This document shows, in pieces, positions 17,640-24,544 of a stretch of 32,000 bases of DNA (its first letter is position 1; each line of letters begins with the position of its first letter). Origin of the DNA: Oxalobacteraceae bacterium (lineage in GTDB: Bacteria > Pseudomonadota > Gammaproteobacteria > Burkholderiales > Burkholderiaceae_D); NCBI GenBank assembly GCA_947448025.1, contig CANFLV010000009.1, positions 110,738 to 142,737 of the forward strand, read 5' to 3'. Under the pieces are notes generated by a model. That model was given only the letters and a program-made list of their open reading frames with translations, was not told the origin of the DNA and made no database searches. Position numbers and translations under genes: made by a program.

Positions 17640-18086
17640 TCATTTGGCAAATCTAGCCTTCACCGAATCCGCGGCTTGCTCAATCTGCACATCAAGCGAG
17701 CCATCCAGAACAGCTTCCTGCAAGCGACTTAGAACCGCAAGCAGTTCATCGCCATTCGCGACTTCAACCGCATTCTTCCCTTTCGCCAAGTCAATCACCT
17801 TGTTGCCGTAGAAAATCTGTACAGCAAGCTTCTTAGTATCAACTTGAACAAACCACCATTGCTTGACGCGCTTGTTTATTTCTACCAGTGAAGTCATGCC
17901 AGTAACTTCATTGCGCACATTTCGCGTCCGTTTCACCGTGAACATTTCGTCTTTGCTCATCGCCTGAGCCATTGCAATCTGCACCTTCAATTTTTCATTC
18001 AATTTATTACGCCTGAAAACTACCGGATCAACTGTACTTTGGCGCTTCGCATTGACTAATTTCAGACTTGAAAGAATTGCACTCAT
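17640..18086 (-). CDS. Hypothetical protein (148 aa), divergent from the Rep-like gene
   Basis: A clean ORF with balanced composition (MSAILSSLKLVNAKRQSTVDPVVFRRNKLNEKLKVQIAMA...). I can name no motif. Confidence 0.5.
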   Translation of the reverse strand: MSAILSSLKLVNAKRQSTVDPVVFRRNKLNEKLKVQIAMAQAMSKDEMFTVKRTRNVRNEVTGMTSLVEINKRVKQWWFVQVDTKKLAVQIFYGNKVIDLAKGKNAVEVANGDELLAVLSRLQEAVLDGSLDVQIEQAADSVKARFAK

Positions 18087-18201
18087 TGAAATTTCCTTGT
18101 GTATTGATGTGTGTAATCATTTTCGTTCCGAATCTCCTTGATTCCTAGCCTGGATCATTTGGTTATTTCACGGTATTCATTGGTTTGGCATAAATAAACT
18201 A

Positions 18202-18753
18202 ATGATGATCCCAATAGATAAATTTCAAGAAAAGCACTTCGAAATACTAGATAAATTTCGCTCAAAGAATGAGGAATGGATTTTGCAACATCAACATCTG
18301 ATCACACATTCATTAACATTGACATTTGATTGCCGACATCTACTTCGTACTCTGAACAAATACCAAAGTTCGCAAACTCTTAATCATCCAGATGTAGTTG
18401 AATGGCTTCAAGCAAGCATGAGGTATTTTAAGAATAGGCTTAATAAATCACTGTATGGAAATCGACGCGGGAGAATTTTACTGATACCCGTTATTGAAGG
18501 ACTTGGAATAGATCAAAAGCCACACTACCACTGCCATCTTGGCGTTAGTAAAGATCGATTCGATGCAGTTGAAGCAAAGGTAAAAAGTATTTGGAAGGAA
18601 GTTCCGTTTGGTGGAACTCAAGTCGTAGTCAAACCATATAGAGATCATGGATGGGTTGGCTATTCTACAAAGAACACTTTGTTCGCAAACAGGGAGAGCA
18701 TCGATTGGATGAATATCCTCCTGCCCACATGTTCTTCATCTACTGCTGAGTAA
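18202..18753 (+). CDS. Small HUH-superfamily Rep/relaxase-like protein (putative rolling-circle initiator)
   Basis: Three ordered motifs: SLTLTF (motif I-like), KPHYHCHLGV (HUH motif) and GWVGYSTKN (YxxK catalytic Tyr motif). 183 aa. Confidence 0.5.
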   Translation: MMIPIDKFQEKHFEILDKFRSKNEEWILQHQHLITHSLTLTFDCRHLLRTLNKYQSSQTLNHPDVVEWLQASMRYFKNRLNKSLYGNRRGRILLIPVIEGLGIDQKPHYHCHLGVSKDRFDAVEAKVKSIWKEVPFGGTQVVVKPYRDHGWVGYSTKNTLFANRESIDWMNILLPTCSSSTAE

Positions 18754-19224
18754 TTGCTCCTTTGGATGAGGCGAAAGGGATCAGTTGATTCTTTAATAGC
18801 GGAGCCATGTCAATTTTCTGAAAGATCGCAATCAATGCTGTAAGGCTAGCAACTAGGTCTTTACTGAAGGTGATGTACAAGGCATGGCAAGCAAGAACTC
18901 AACGACAATTAAATATGCGCAGAAACAGGATCAATAATTGGTTGGCTCGCGCAAAATCATCGGGATAGTAATCAAGTGTACAGATATCGATTAGATCCAC
19001 GCATAAGCGATTTTCTTAAGTTAGTGACCTAGGCATTTGCAAACTGGCTTATCTTTTAAATTCAGTCAGCAGCGAAATCAAAGCAAATGTAAATTTCATT
19101 TGATTATTCGCTAACTCATTGAATTCATTAAACATCCAATATTTCACCTAAAGACTTGTCCGACCTAATCAATGGGTTCAGAATAAATACAGATCAATCA
19201 TTTGATATGTAAGGGAAATCTAAA

Positions 19225-19827
19225 ATGGCACAAGCAAAAGTACTGAATGAAAAAGAAGTCCGCAAAGTATTGCTCTATATCGCTGCACGCAAACATGCTG
19301 CCAGAAATCGGGCAATGTTCACGCTGTTGAATTTCACTGGTATGCGGGTCGGTGAGTTGGCAGCACTTCGTTTGTGCGATGTCTTGTCAAAGGACGGCGG
19401 CATTCGTGAAGAAATCTATTTGTCTGTAGATCAGACGAAGGGATCAAAGGGGCGCACAGTTGTTGTGTCGCAAAAAGCGCAGGAAGAAATCAGGAACTAC
19501 CTGCAAGCCCGCTTTAAACTGAAAGACTTACTGGCGGTGACAATGACAGACACAGGTCGTGCTCTGTTCACGACACAGAAAGAGCCGAATCGCGGCTTCA
19601 CTGCGTCAACATTAGCGCAGCACTTTCATTACATGTACAAAGGCGCAGGCATCACTGGCGCAAGCTCACACAGTGGTCGTCGTGGCTTCATCACGAACCT
19701 GGCGAACATGGGCGTATCAGTTCGCGTGTTGATGGAACTCGCTGGTCACAAGTCGCTGGCTGTGACGCAGAAATACATTGATGTAAATCCCAAGATGATG
19801 CGTTCAGCAGTGGAATTGCTCGGATAA
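19225..19827 (+). CDS. Tyrosine site-specific recombinase, catalytic domain only (200 aa)
   Basis: Catalytic signature in order: R in TGMRVGELAAL, K in TKGSKGRTV, HxxR in HSGRRGF, H in AGHKSL, and Y in TQKYIDV. There is no N-terminal SAM-like core-binding domain. AGGGA SD is present. Confidence 0.8.
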   Translation: MAQAKVLNEKEVRKVLLYIAARKHAARNRAMFTLLNFTGMRVGELAALRLCDVLSKDGGIREEIYLSVDQTKGSKGRTVVVSQKAQEEIRNYLQARFKLKDLLAVTMTDTGRALFTTQKEPNRGFTASTLAQHFHYMYKGAGITGASSHSGRRGFITNLANMGVSVRVLMELAGHKSLAVTQKYIDVNPKMMRSAVELLG

Positions 19828-19832
19828 AGAAA

Positions 19833-19852
19833 AAGCCAGCAGTAGCTGGCTT
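19833..19852. terminator. Bidirectional terminator between the convergent recombinase and H-NS-like genes
   Basis: aagccagc / gctggctt stem with loop agta. There is a good T-run on the minus strand (TTTTTCTTT) and a weak one on the plus strand. Confidence 0.6.
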
Positions 19853-19873
19853 GTTCACAAGGAAAATATTCAC

Positions 19874-20164
19874 TTAGATTTCAAACTGAGCGCGATCTTT
19901 ACCTTCCATCCATTTCGGCGTTCTACCGCGCCCTGACCATGTCAAACCAGTTGCTGGATCACGATACTTGGGCATGACCTTGCTTTCAGTGCTGACCTTA
20001 CGAGCGCGCTTAGCGCCGCCAAAAATGTCATCGGCAGTTAGATGATATTCAGCAATGATCGCTTTAATTTTACTGATGGCATCAGAAAGTTCATTCTGGC
20101 GCACTTGATCGATTTGTGCTTCGAGTGCTTCTTTTTGCTTGATGAGTTCTGCGAGCGTGGACAT
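19874..20164 (-). CDS. H-NS-family nucleoid-associated protein (Burkholderiales Bv3F/H-NS-like)
   Basis: 96 aa. It has an N-terminal coiled coil (LIKQKEALEAQIDQVRQNE) and a C-terminal DNA-binding motif, KYRDPATGLTWSGRGRTPKW. GGAG SD is present. Confidence 0.85.
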   Translation of the reverse strand: MSTLAELIKQKEALEAQIDQVRQNELSDAISKIKAIIAEYHLTADDIFGGAKRARKVSTESKVMPKYRDPATGLTWSGRGRTPKWMEGKDRAQFEI

Positions 20165-20203
20165 GTTTTGTTACTCCGTTAATAAATTTTTCTAGCCATT
20201 ATA

Positions 20204-20902
20204 TTACTCTGGAAAGCGTCCTTGGCGTACGGCGTCAATAATTTCGTTTGCTTTACGAAGATATCTACTTACAGCATTGATGGCAGTTGCGCTATCTAAA
20301 ACATTTATCTTATCGAGATCGCTCCGATTTAAGTCCATCGCAAGTGGTGATGGTAGTTTATCGACTTTCCACAAATTATTTTTATATCGCTTCTCTCGTT
20401 CCAAATAGAACTTACGGACTGACTTTAACAACTCACGCGATGTTGGCTTTTGACCATTCGTGATTTCAAGGAGTTTTTTGTTCTGATCGAAAGTATGCAA
20501 GTAAGCACGATATGTTGACGGTCTAATTTCAGCGCCGAGACGAACGCGTAACTGACTCAATTCAATTGGTTGATGACCGATTTCCATCAGAAATTTTCGA
20601 ACTTGTTCACCGATCTGTGTGCTTGTCTGTGATTTTGGCACGCGCAAAAGGTAAGTTACATCATCTGCCTTGCCTTCGTCAATTTGCTCAACCAAGGATG
20701 GAGTTAAGGAGATTACTTTTTTCCCGATTTCTTCCCACCATTTATCGAATTTATAAGTTTCGATATTACCCCACTCCCTATAAAGGTCGATTTTTACTTT
20801 CGACTTATCTTCTGCAATTGCTCTTCGTAAGAATTCGAACCAAAGTCTATAAGCTTCTTTGCTCTGAGCGCGTGGTGCGCGTTGTATTTTTTGGATTGTC
20901 AT
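20204..20902 (-). CDS. Hypothetical protein (232 aa) with Trp/Phe-rich N-terminal motif YRLWFEFLRR
   Basis: A clean ORF, divergent from 21164-21958 across a repeat-containing intergenic region. No SD. The motif is reminiscent of regulators on mobile elements, but I cannot assign a family. Confidence 0.45.
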   Translation of the reverse strand: MTIQKIQRAPRAQSKEAYRLWFEFLRRAIAEDKSKVKIDLYREWGNIETYKFDKWWEEIGKKVISLTPSLVEQIDEGKADDVTYLLRVPKSQTSTQIGEQVRKFLMEIGHQPIELSQLRVRLGAEIRPSTYRAYLHTFDQNKKLLEITNGQKPTSRELLKSVRKFYLEREKRYKNNLWKVDKLPSPLAMDLNRSDLDKINVLDSATAINAVSRYLRKANEIIDAVRQGRFPE

Positions 20903-20953
20903 TTATAAATTAATTAAATGTGAAAAAGTTAATTATTGATCTTCTTAAATCAA

Positions 20954-21013
20954 CGAGTCAATAACTCACTTATGAGATATTTGAGAATTACATTTTTCTA
21001 TATTATGGGTCTA
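20954..21013 (+). promoter_or_regulatory. Copy 1 of a ~60-bp direct repeat in the divergent promoter region
   Basis: cgagtcaataactcacttatgagatatttgagaatta... is repeated exactly 100 bp downstream. The first 37 nt match at 31/37. It contains a TTGAGA -35-like hexamer. Confidence 0.5.
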
Positions 21014-21053
21014 TTGATTGATTAACTCTTGCTTAAAGATTTTAATTTGTTAG

Positions 21054-21113
21054 CGAGTCAATAACTGACTTTTCAAATATTTGAAAAATAGTGTTTTTTG
21101 CATAATAGAGTCT
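21054..21113 (+). promoter_or_regulatory. Copy 2 of the ~60-bp direct repeat in the divergent promoter region
   Basis: cgagtcaataactgacttttcaaatatttgaaaaata... contains TTGAAA, a 16-nt spacer, then TAATAG, a promoter-like arrangement facing 21164-21958. Confidence 0.5.
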
Positions 21114-21163
21114 GAATCAATTAATTATAACTTTAAATACAACCACTTAAATAAGGCACTCAT

Positions 21164-21958
21164 ATGAACAACATCGCTCAAAGTAACATTATTACTCTTC
21201 AAGATAATGAAAAAACTCAACATGAATTTGTAACATTATGCTTAAACACTACAAATTTAAAAATGCAAAAAGATGACTACATATCTTCATTTAATTCGTT
21301 CGCAGCAAAAGCCGCTCAAACCACACTTGAAATGTGTCGTGTTGTCCAAGAAGCGAAAGTTGATTTAGACAAAAATAATTTTGAAAGCTTTTGTCAGGCA
21401 ATCGGTCACAGAAGTAACGATAGCACAATTCGAAAATATCTCGCTATCGGCGCAAGGTATTCTGAACTTCATGCAGTTGCTGATCGCTTACCTAATTCAT
21501 GGACTAGCATTTATTTAATTACAATGATTCCTCCTGAAAAATTATTGACTATGATAGACGATGTGAATTCATTTAAAAATATGACTGCACAAAAGATTAA
21601 GCAATTAATATCAACCGATAATGCGTCGTCAGAAAAGACCGTCAATAATTCATTGCTTGAAAATGCAGCAGTGTCAATTTATTTCGAAAAATCGCCGTCA
21701 ATTATTGAATGGAATACTTTAAAGATGCAATTGAAGGCAATTTCAGGATTCGACTCGTTAAAAATACGCATCGAATTTTCAAATAAATTCGAAAAAATTC
21801 ATGAGCATTCAAAAAATAATAATCGTGATGCTGCGAAGCGAACTCGTGAAATAAAAGCAGAGACGAAAAAAAATGTCGATGAAAAAAATTATGTCTACAA
21901 TCCAGCCTTTGACTATGGTGGTGCATATGATTTTGATCTAGGTGAATTCATTTCTTAA
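21164..21958 (+). CDS. Hypothetical protein (264 aa), possibly DUF3102-like DNA-binding protein
   Basis: The segment AAQTTLEMCRVVQEAKVDLDKNNFESFCQAIGHRSNDSTIRKYLAIGARY resembles the plasmid/phage DUF3102 pattern as I recall it. The C-terminal region is Lys-rich. AAGG SD is present. Confidence 0.45.
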   Translation: MNNIAQSNIITLQDNEKTQHEFVTLCLNTTNLKMQKDDYISSFNSFAAKAAQTTLEMCRVVQEAKVDLDKNNFESFCQAIGHRSNDSTIRKYLAIGARYSELHAVADRLPNSWTSIYLITMIPPEKLLTMIDDVNSFKNMTAQKIKQLISTDNASSEKTVNNSLLENAAVSIYFEKSPSIIEWNTLKMQLKAISGFDSLKIRIEFSNKFEKIHEHSKNNNRDAAKRTREIKAETKKNVDEKNYVYNPAFDYGGAYDFDLGEFIS

Positions 21959-21983
21959 AAAAGGCAGCTTCGGCTGCTTTTTT
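21957..21983 (+). terminator. Rho-independent terminator
   Basis: aaaaaaggcagc ttcg gctgctttttt hairpin immediately after the stop codon. Confidence 0.8.
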
Positions 21984-22133
21984 ATGTCCATTTTCTGTTC
22001 CATTTAGAACTTCTCTTTCCCGACGAATTTAAATAAAAATTCATTCAAATTTTACTTCTCATCGGATAGATATTTTTGAACAAAGGCGCTATGCTTTGTT
22101 ACAACTATTCATTATCAAATTTGGAATTATTCC

Positions 22134-23801
22134 GTGGTCAACACATTTCCCGTCAAGACTACCCTTCACATCTATACCCGCGTCTCCAGCGTGGCACAGG
22201 CTGAGCAAGGTACCTCACTTGAGTCTCAGCGCGACCTCGGAATCAAGAAGGCAAATGATCTTGGATTTGAATTCAAGGTCTGGAACGAAGGTGGTCATAG
22301 CTCGCATCATGAAGACATTGCCGACCGTCCAGAGCTGAATTCACTGTATGTGGCGATGCAGGCGGGTCAAGTAAAGCATGTGTGGGTCTATGACCCTTCT
22401 CGTATTTCACGAAATGACCAAGTTGCCTCTGCATTCAGGTATGCATGCAGCAAGCATGGTGTCACGCTCTATACAAAGGACGGAGTTTTTGACCTTTCCA
22501 ATCCAAACGACAAGTTTTTGAAGCAATTGCTGGACGCTGTTGCTGAATTTGATAATGTCACACGAGCAGAGAGGACGCGCCTCGGAAAACTAAACCGTGT
22601 TCGTTCCGGTAGTTGGCATGGCGGACAGGCACCTTTTGGCTATAAGTTAGAAGACCGAAAGTTAGTTGTCGTTGAAGAAGAAGCAAAGTGGGTTAAACGC
22701 ATCTTTCAAGAATTGGTCAAAGGCAGTGCGGCAACTCACATTAAACAAATCCTTGATTCCAATGGTGTCAGTCCGCGCCGGAAGAAAGGATTATGGACGC
22801 TCGGATCAATCAATGCGCTGCTGACGAATACGCACTACTCCGGACATTACCTCTATACCGACAAGAAGTCCGAGCAAACGATTGAAGTTCAATGTCCAAG
22901 CATCGTTGATCAGACGACATGGAATGCGGCTCAATACAAACGCTCACGCGAAGTGATCAGACAGTCACAGAAGAACGCCACGGAAAAGAATTTTTACCTT
23001 CTTCGGGACTTGATGTTTTGCGAACATTGCGGTCGCGCTATCAGTGGTCGGATGAACAAGTCTCGCGCAGAATCTAGTTACTACTGCCCGAACAAAGAGC
23101 GTGCATGGGCAAAGAATGGCGGATCAGAGACGCCGTGGAGGCGTGGCACAGGTTGCGGATTTGATCGCGCCATGAACATTCCGCAGACAGACAAGTTGGT
23201 CTGGGAATTGGTCACATCGCTTCATTCAAAGTCCAGCATCCTGAAAGAAGAAGTCAAACACCGATTGCTCAACCAGAATGGCGTGAAAATTCGTACTGAT
23301 GCTGAAATCAGGACAATTCAAGCCAAGCTGCGAAAGTTGCAGAAGAATTACAAGCTCATCAGCGAAACACTCGGCAATCTTGAGGCAAACAAGTTGATCG
23401 GCAAGATCAATGATGTCAGTTACGAGACCACTGTGCAGCGAATTCGGGAAGAACTAGGCAGCATTGAAACCGAACTTGCCAACGCAAGGCTTGAATTGGC
23501 GGGAACGGCGGAATCACGGAAGTGGGTGAACTGGTTGAAGGCGTTTGGCGAAGAAGTAGAGATGCTGGACGCGTTGACCGATGGAGAGAAAAAGGAGTAC
23601 ATCGGTGGCTTGGTAAAGCGGATTGATGTGCGTTACAGCAACGACAACCGTGAACACATACTCACTCTGACGATGCAGTTACCCATCGTCAATGACGGTA
23701 TCAAAAAGCTACGGTCTGGGCAAGAAGGTCGGGAATACGAAGTGACGCCCGGAACAGAAACCATTACCGTGGCATCCAAAAAAAAAGACCGGCGCGGCTA
23801 G
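22134..23801 (+). CDS. Large serine recombinase (integrase-type)
   Basis: 555 aa with a GTG start. It has an N-terminal resolvase catalytic domain (LHIYTRVSSVAQAEQGTSLESQ, VWVYDPSRISRN) and a recombinase domain (WHGGQAPFGYKL). A zinc-ribbon (CEHCGRAISG...YYCPN) and a long coiled coil follow. Confidence 0.92.
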   Translation: MVNTFPVKTTLHIYTRVSSVAQAEQGTSLESQRDLGIKKANDLGFEFKVWNEGGHSSHHEDIADRPELNSLYVAMQAGQVKHVWVYDPSRISRNDQVASAFRYACSKHGVTLYTKDGVFDLSNPNDKFLKQLLDAVAEFDNVTRAERTRLGKLNRVRSGSWHGGQAPFGYKLEDRKLVVVEEEAKWVKRIFQELVKGSAATHIKQILDSNGVSPRRKKGLWTLGSINALLTNTHYSGHYLYTDKKSEQTIEVQCPSIVDQTTWNAAQYKRSREVIRQSQKNATEKNFYLLRDLMFCEHCGRAISGRMNKSRAESSYYCPNKERAWAKNGGSETPWRRGTGCGFDRAMNIPQTDKLVWELVTSLHSKSSILKEEVKHRLLNQNGVKIRTDAEIRTIQAKLRKLQKNYKLISETLGNLEANKLIGKINDVSYETTVQRIREELGSIETELANARLELAGTAESRKWVNWLKAFGEEVEMLDALTDGEKKEYIGGLVKRIDVRYSNDNREHILTLTMQLPIVNDGIKKLRSGQEGREYEVTPGTETITVASKKKDRRG

Positions 23802-23816
23802 ACACTAACGCCCCAA

Positions 23817-23837
23817 AAAATTACTCACGAGCTGAAC
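23817..23837. repeat. Right terminal inverted repeat of the island (P arm)
   Basis: aaaattactcacgagctgaac; its reverse complement matches 13788-13808 at 20/21. Confidence 0.8.
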
Positions 23838-23838
23838 C

Positions 23839-23857
23839 AGTCCGTCACGGTGGAGTG
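23839..23857 (+). repeat. attR core: second copy of the glmS-terminal 19-mer
   Basis: AGTCCGTCACGGTGGAGTG, 17/19 identical to 13769-13787. Confidence 0.8.
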
Positions 23858-24145
23858 ATCCCGGAAGGACCTCTTCCCCAGAGGTCCGCTGAACCACCTC
23901 TCACATCTCTCATCATTAGCAGCGGACCAGTCACTCTCGACATTCGTCCGCTGAGTCCTTACCAGCAAGAGCTGATCGACACGATCCTGAAGCTAAGGGC
24001 TGCTCATTGGTCGGACCGTCAGATCGCAAACCACTTCAATCTTTTCGGCTGGATGACGCCGAGAGGACATCCCTTCATTCCCCAAAGTGTTTTCTCGATC
24101 CGGAAGAAGTATGCGAAGCGGTTAGAGAGACTTGGCGGGAAATGA
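23855..24145 (+). CDS. Paralogue of the island left-end small protein (relic of a second, truncated element)
   Basis: 96 aa with a GTG start inside the attR core. The segment LSPYQQELIDTILKLRAAHWSDRQIANHFNLFGWMTPRGHPFIPQSVFSIRKKYAKRLERL aligns with 13797-14102. It occupies the same position relative to the core repeat. Confidence 0.45.
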   Translation: MIPEGPLPQRSAEPPLTSLIISSGPVTLDIRPLSPYQQELIDTILKLRAAHWSDRQIANHFNLFGWMTPRGHPFIPQSVFSIRKKYAKRLERLGGK

Positions 24146-24544
24146 TGGGAGAGTCGAGTCTACTCCGGCGCCCCCCTGTCAGAACGAAGATAACTTAAGT
24201 GTTATTTGATGTTTTATATAAAAGATCGGGACGTTATCCCACGAGGTTCGGTACACCCTCGTCACCTACCGCCTTCAGTTTCTTCACCTTTGGACGAGGA
24301 TCTTCAATGCGAAGTCCTGTCCGTTTGATCCGTGAAATCGATTTGATCACCTCACCCATCGGCATCTTGTGAATGGTCTGACCAAATTCAGATGAGAAAG
24401 GCGCTTGCTGCAATTCGGTAAGTTTCGTTTGGATTCATGTCTGATAGGGTATCAGTCGCTATGCTGCGCGGGGTGCATGCTGAAGTAAGTTTGGCGAACG
24501 ATGCCAGCCGGCCAATCACCCGCTGGCATCCATTGCACGGTCCC

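Larger units (their letters stand above)
13788..23838. mobile_element. Integrated ~10-kb site-specific element (genomic island) at the glmS 3' end, serine-recombinase type
   Basis: Composition shifts abruptly to AT-rich right after the glmS stop. The element is flanked by direct repeats with 21-bp terminal inverted repeats just inside. A large serine recombinase gene ends 38 nt from the right core. Cargo includes Rep-like, tyrosine recombinase and H-NS-like genes. Confidence 0.8.

Noticed and set aside
15011-18753. Integrated filamentous (inovirus-like) prophage, suggested by an HUH Rep plus several tiny membrane proteins.
   Set aside because: No Zot/pI-like morphogenesis ATPase, no recognisable pIII-like adsorption protein and no ssDNA-binding protein gene could be identified. 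The gene order does not fit.
18873-18968. 31-aa highly basic small ORF (MYKAWQARTQRQLNMRRNRINNWLARAKSSG) with an AGG-type SD, in the 470-bp gap after the Rep-like gene.
   Set aside because: It is too short, and the region is AT-rich. It cannot be told from a chance ORF without expression or conservation data.
20954-21113. Possible CRISPR-like or tandem repeat array.
   Set aside because: There are only two diverged copies at 100-bp spacing in a divergent promoter region, and no cas genes. They are better explained as duplicated operator/promoter units.
13789-23838. Tn7-like or CRISPR-associated transposon at attTn7 downstream of glmS.
   Set aside because: There are no TnsA/B/C/D-like or Cas-like ORFs and no Tn7-type multi-repeat ends. 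The junction lies inside glmS, and serine-recombinase-type att architecture is present instead.
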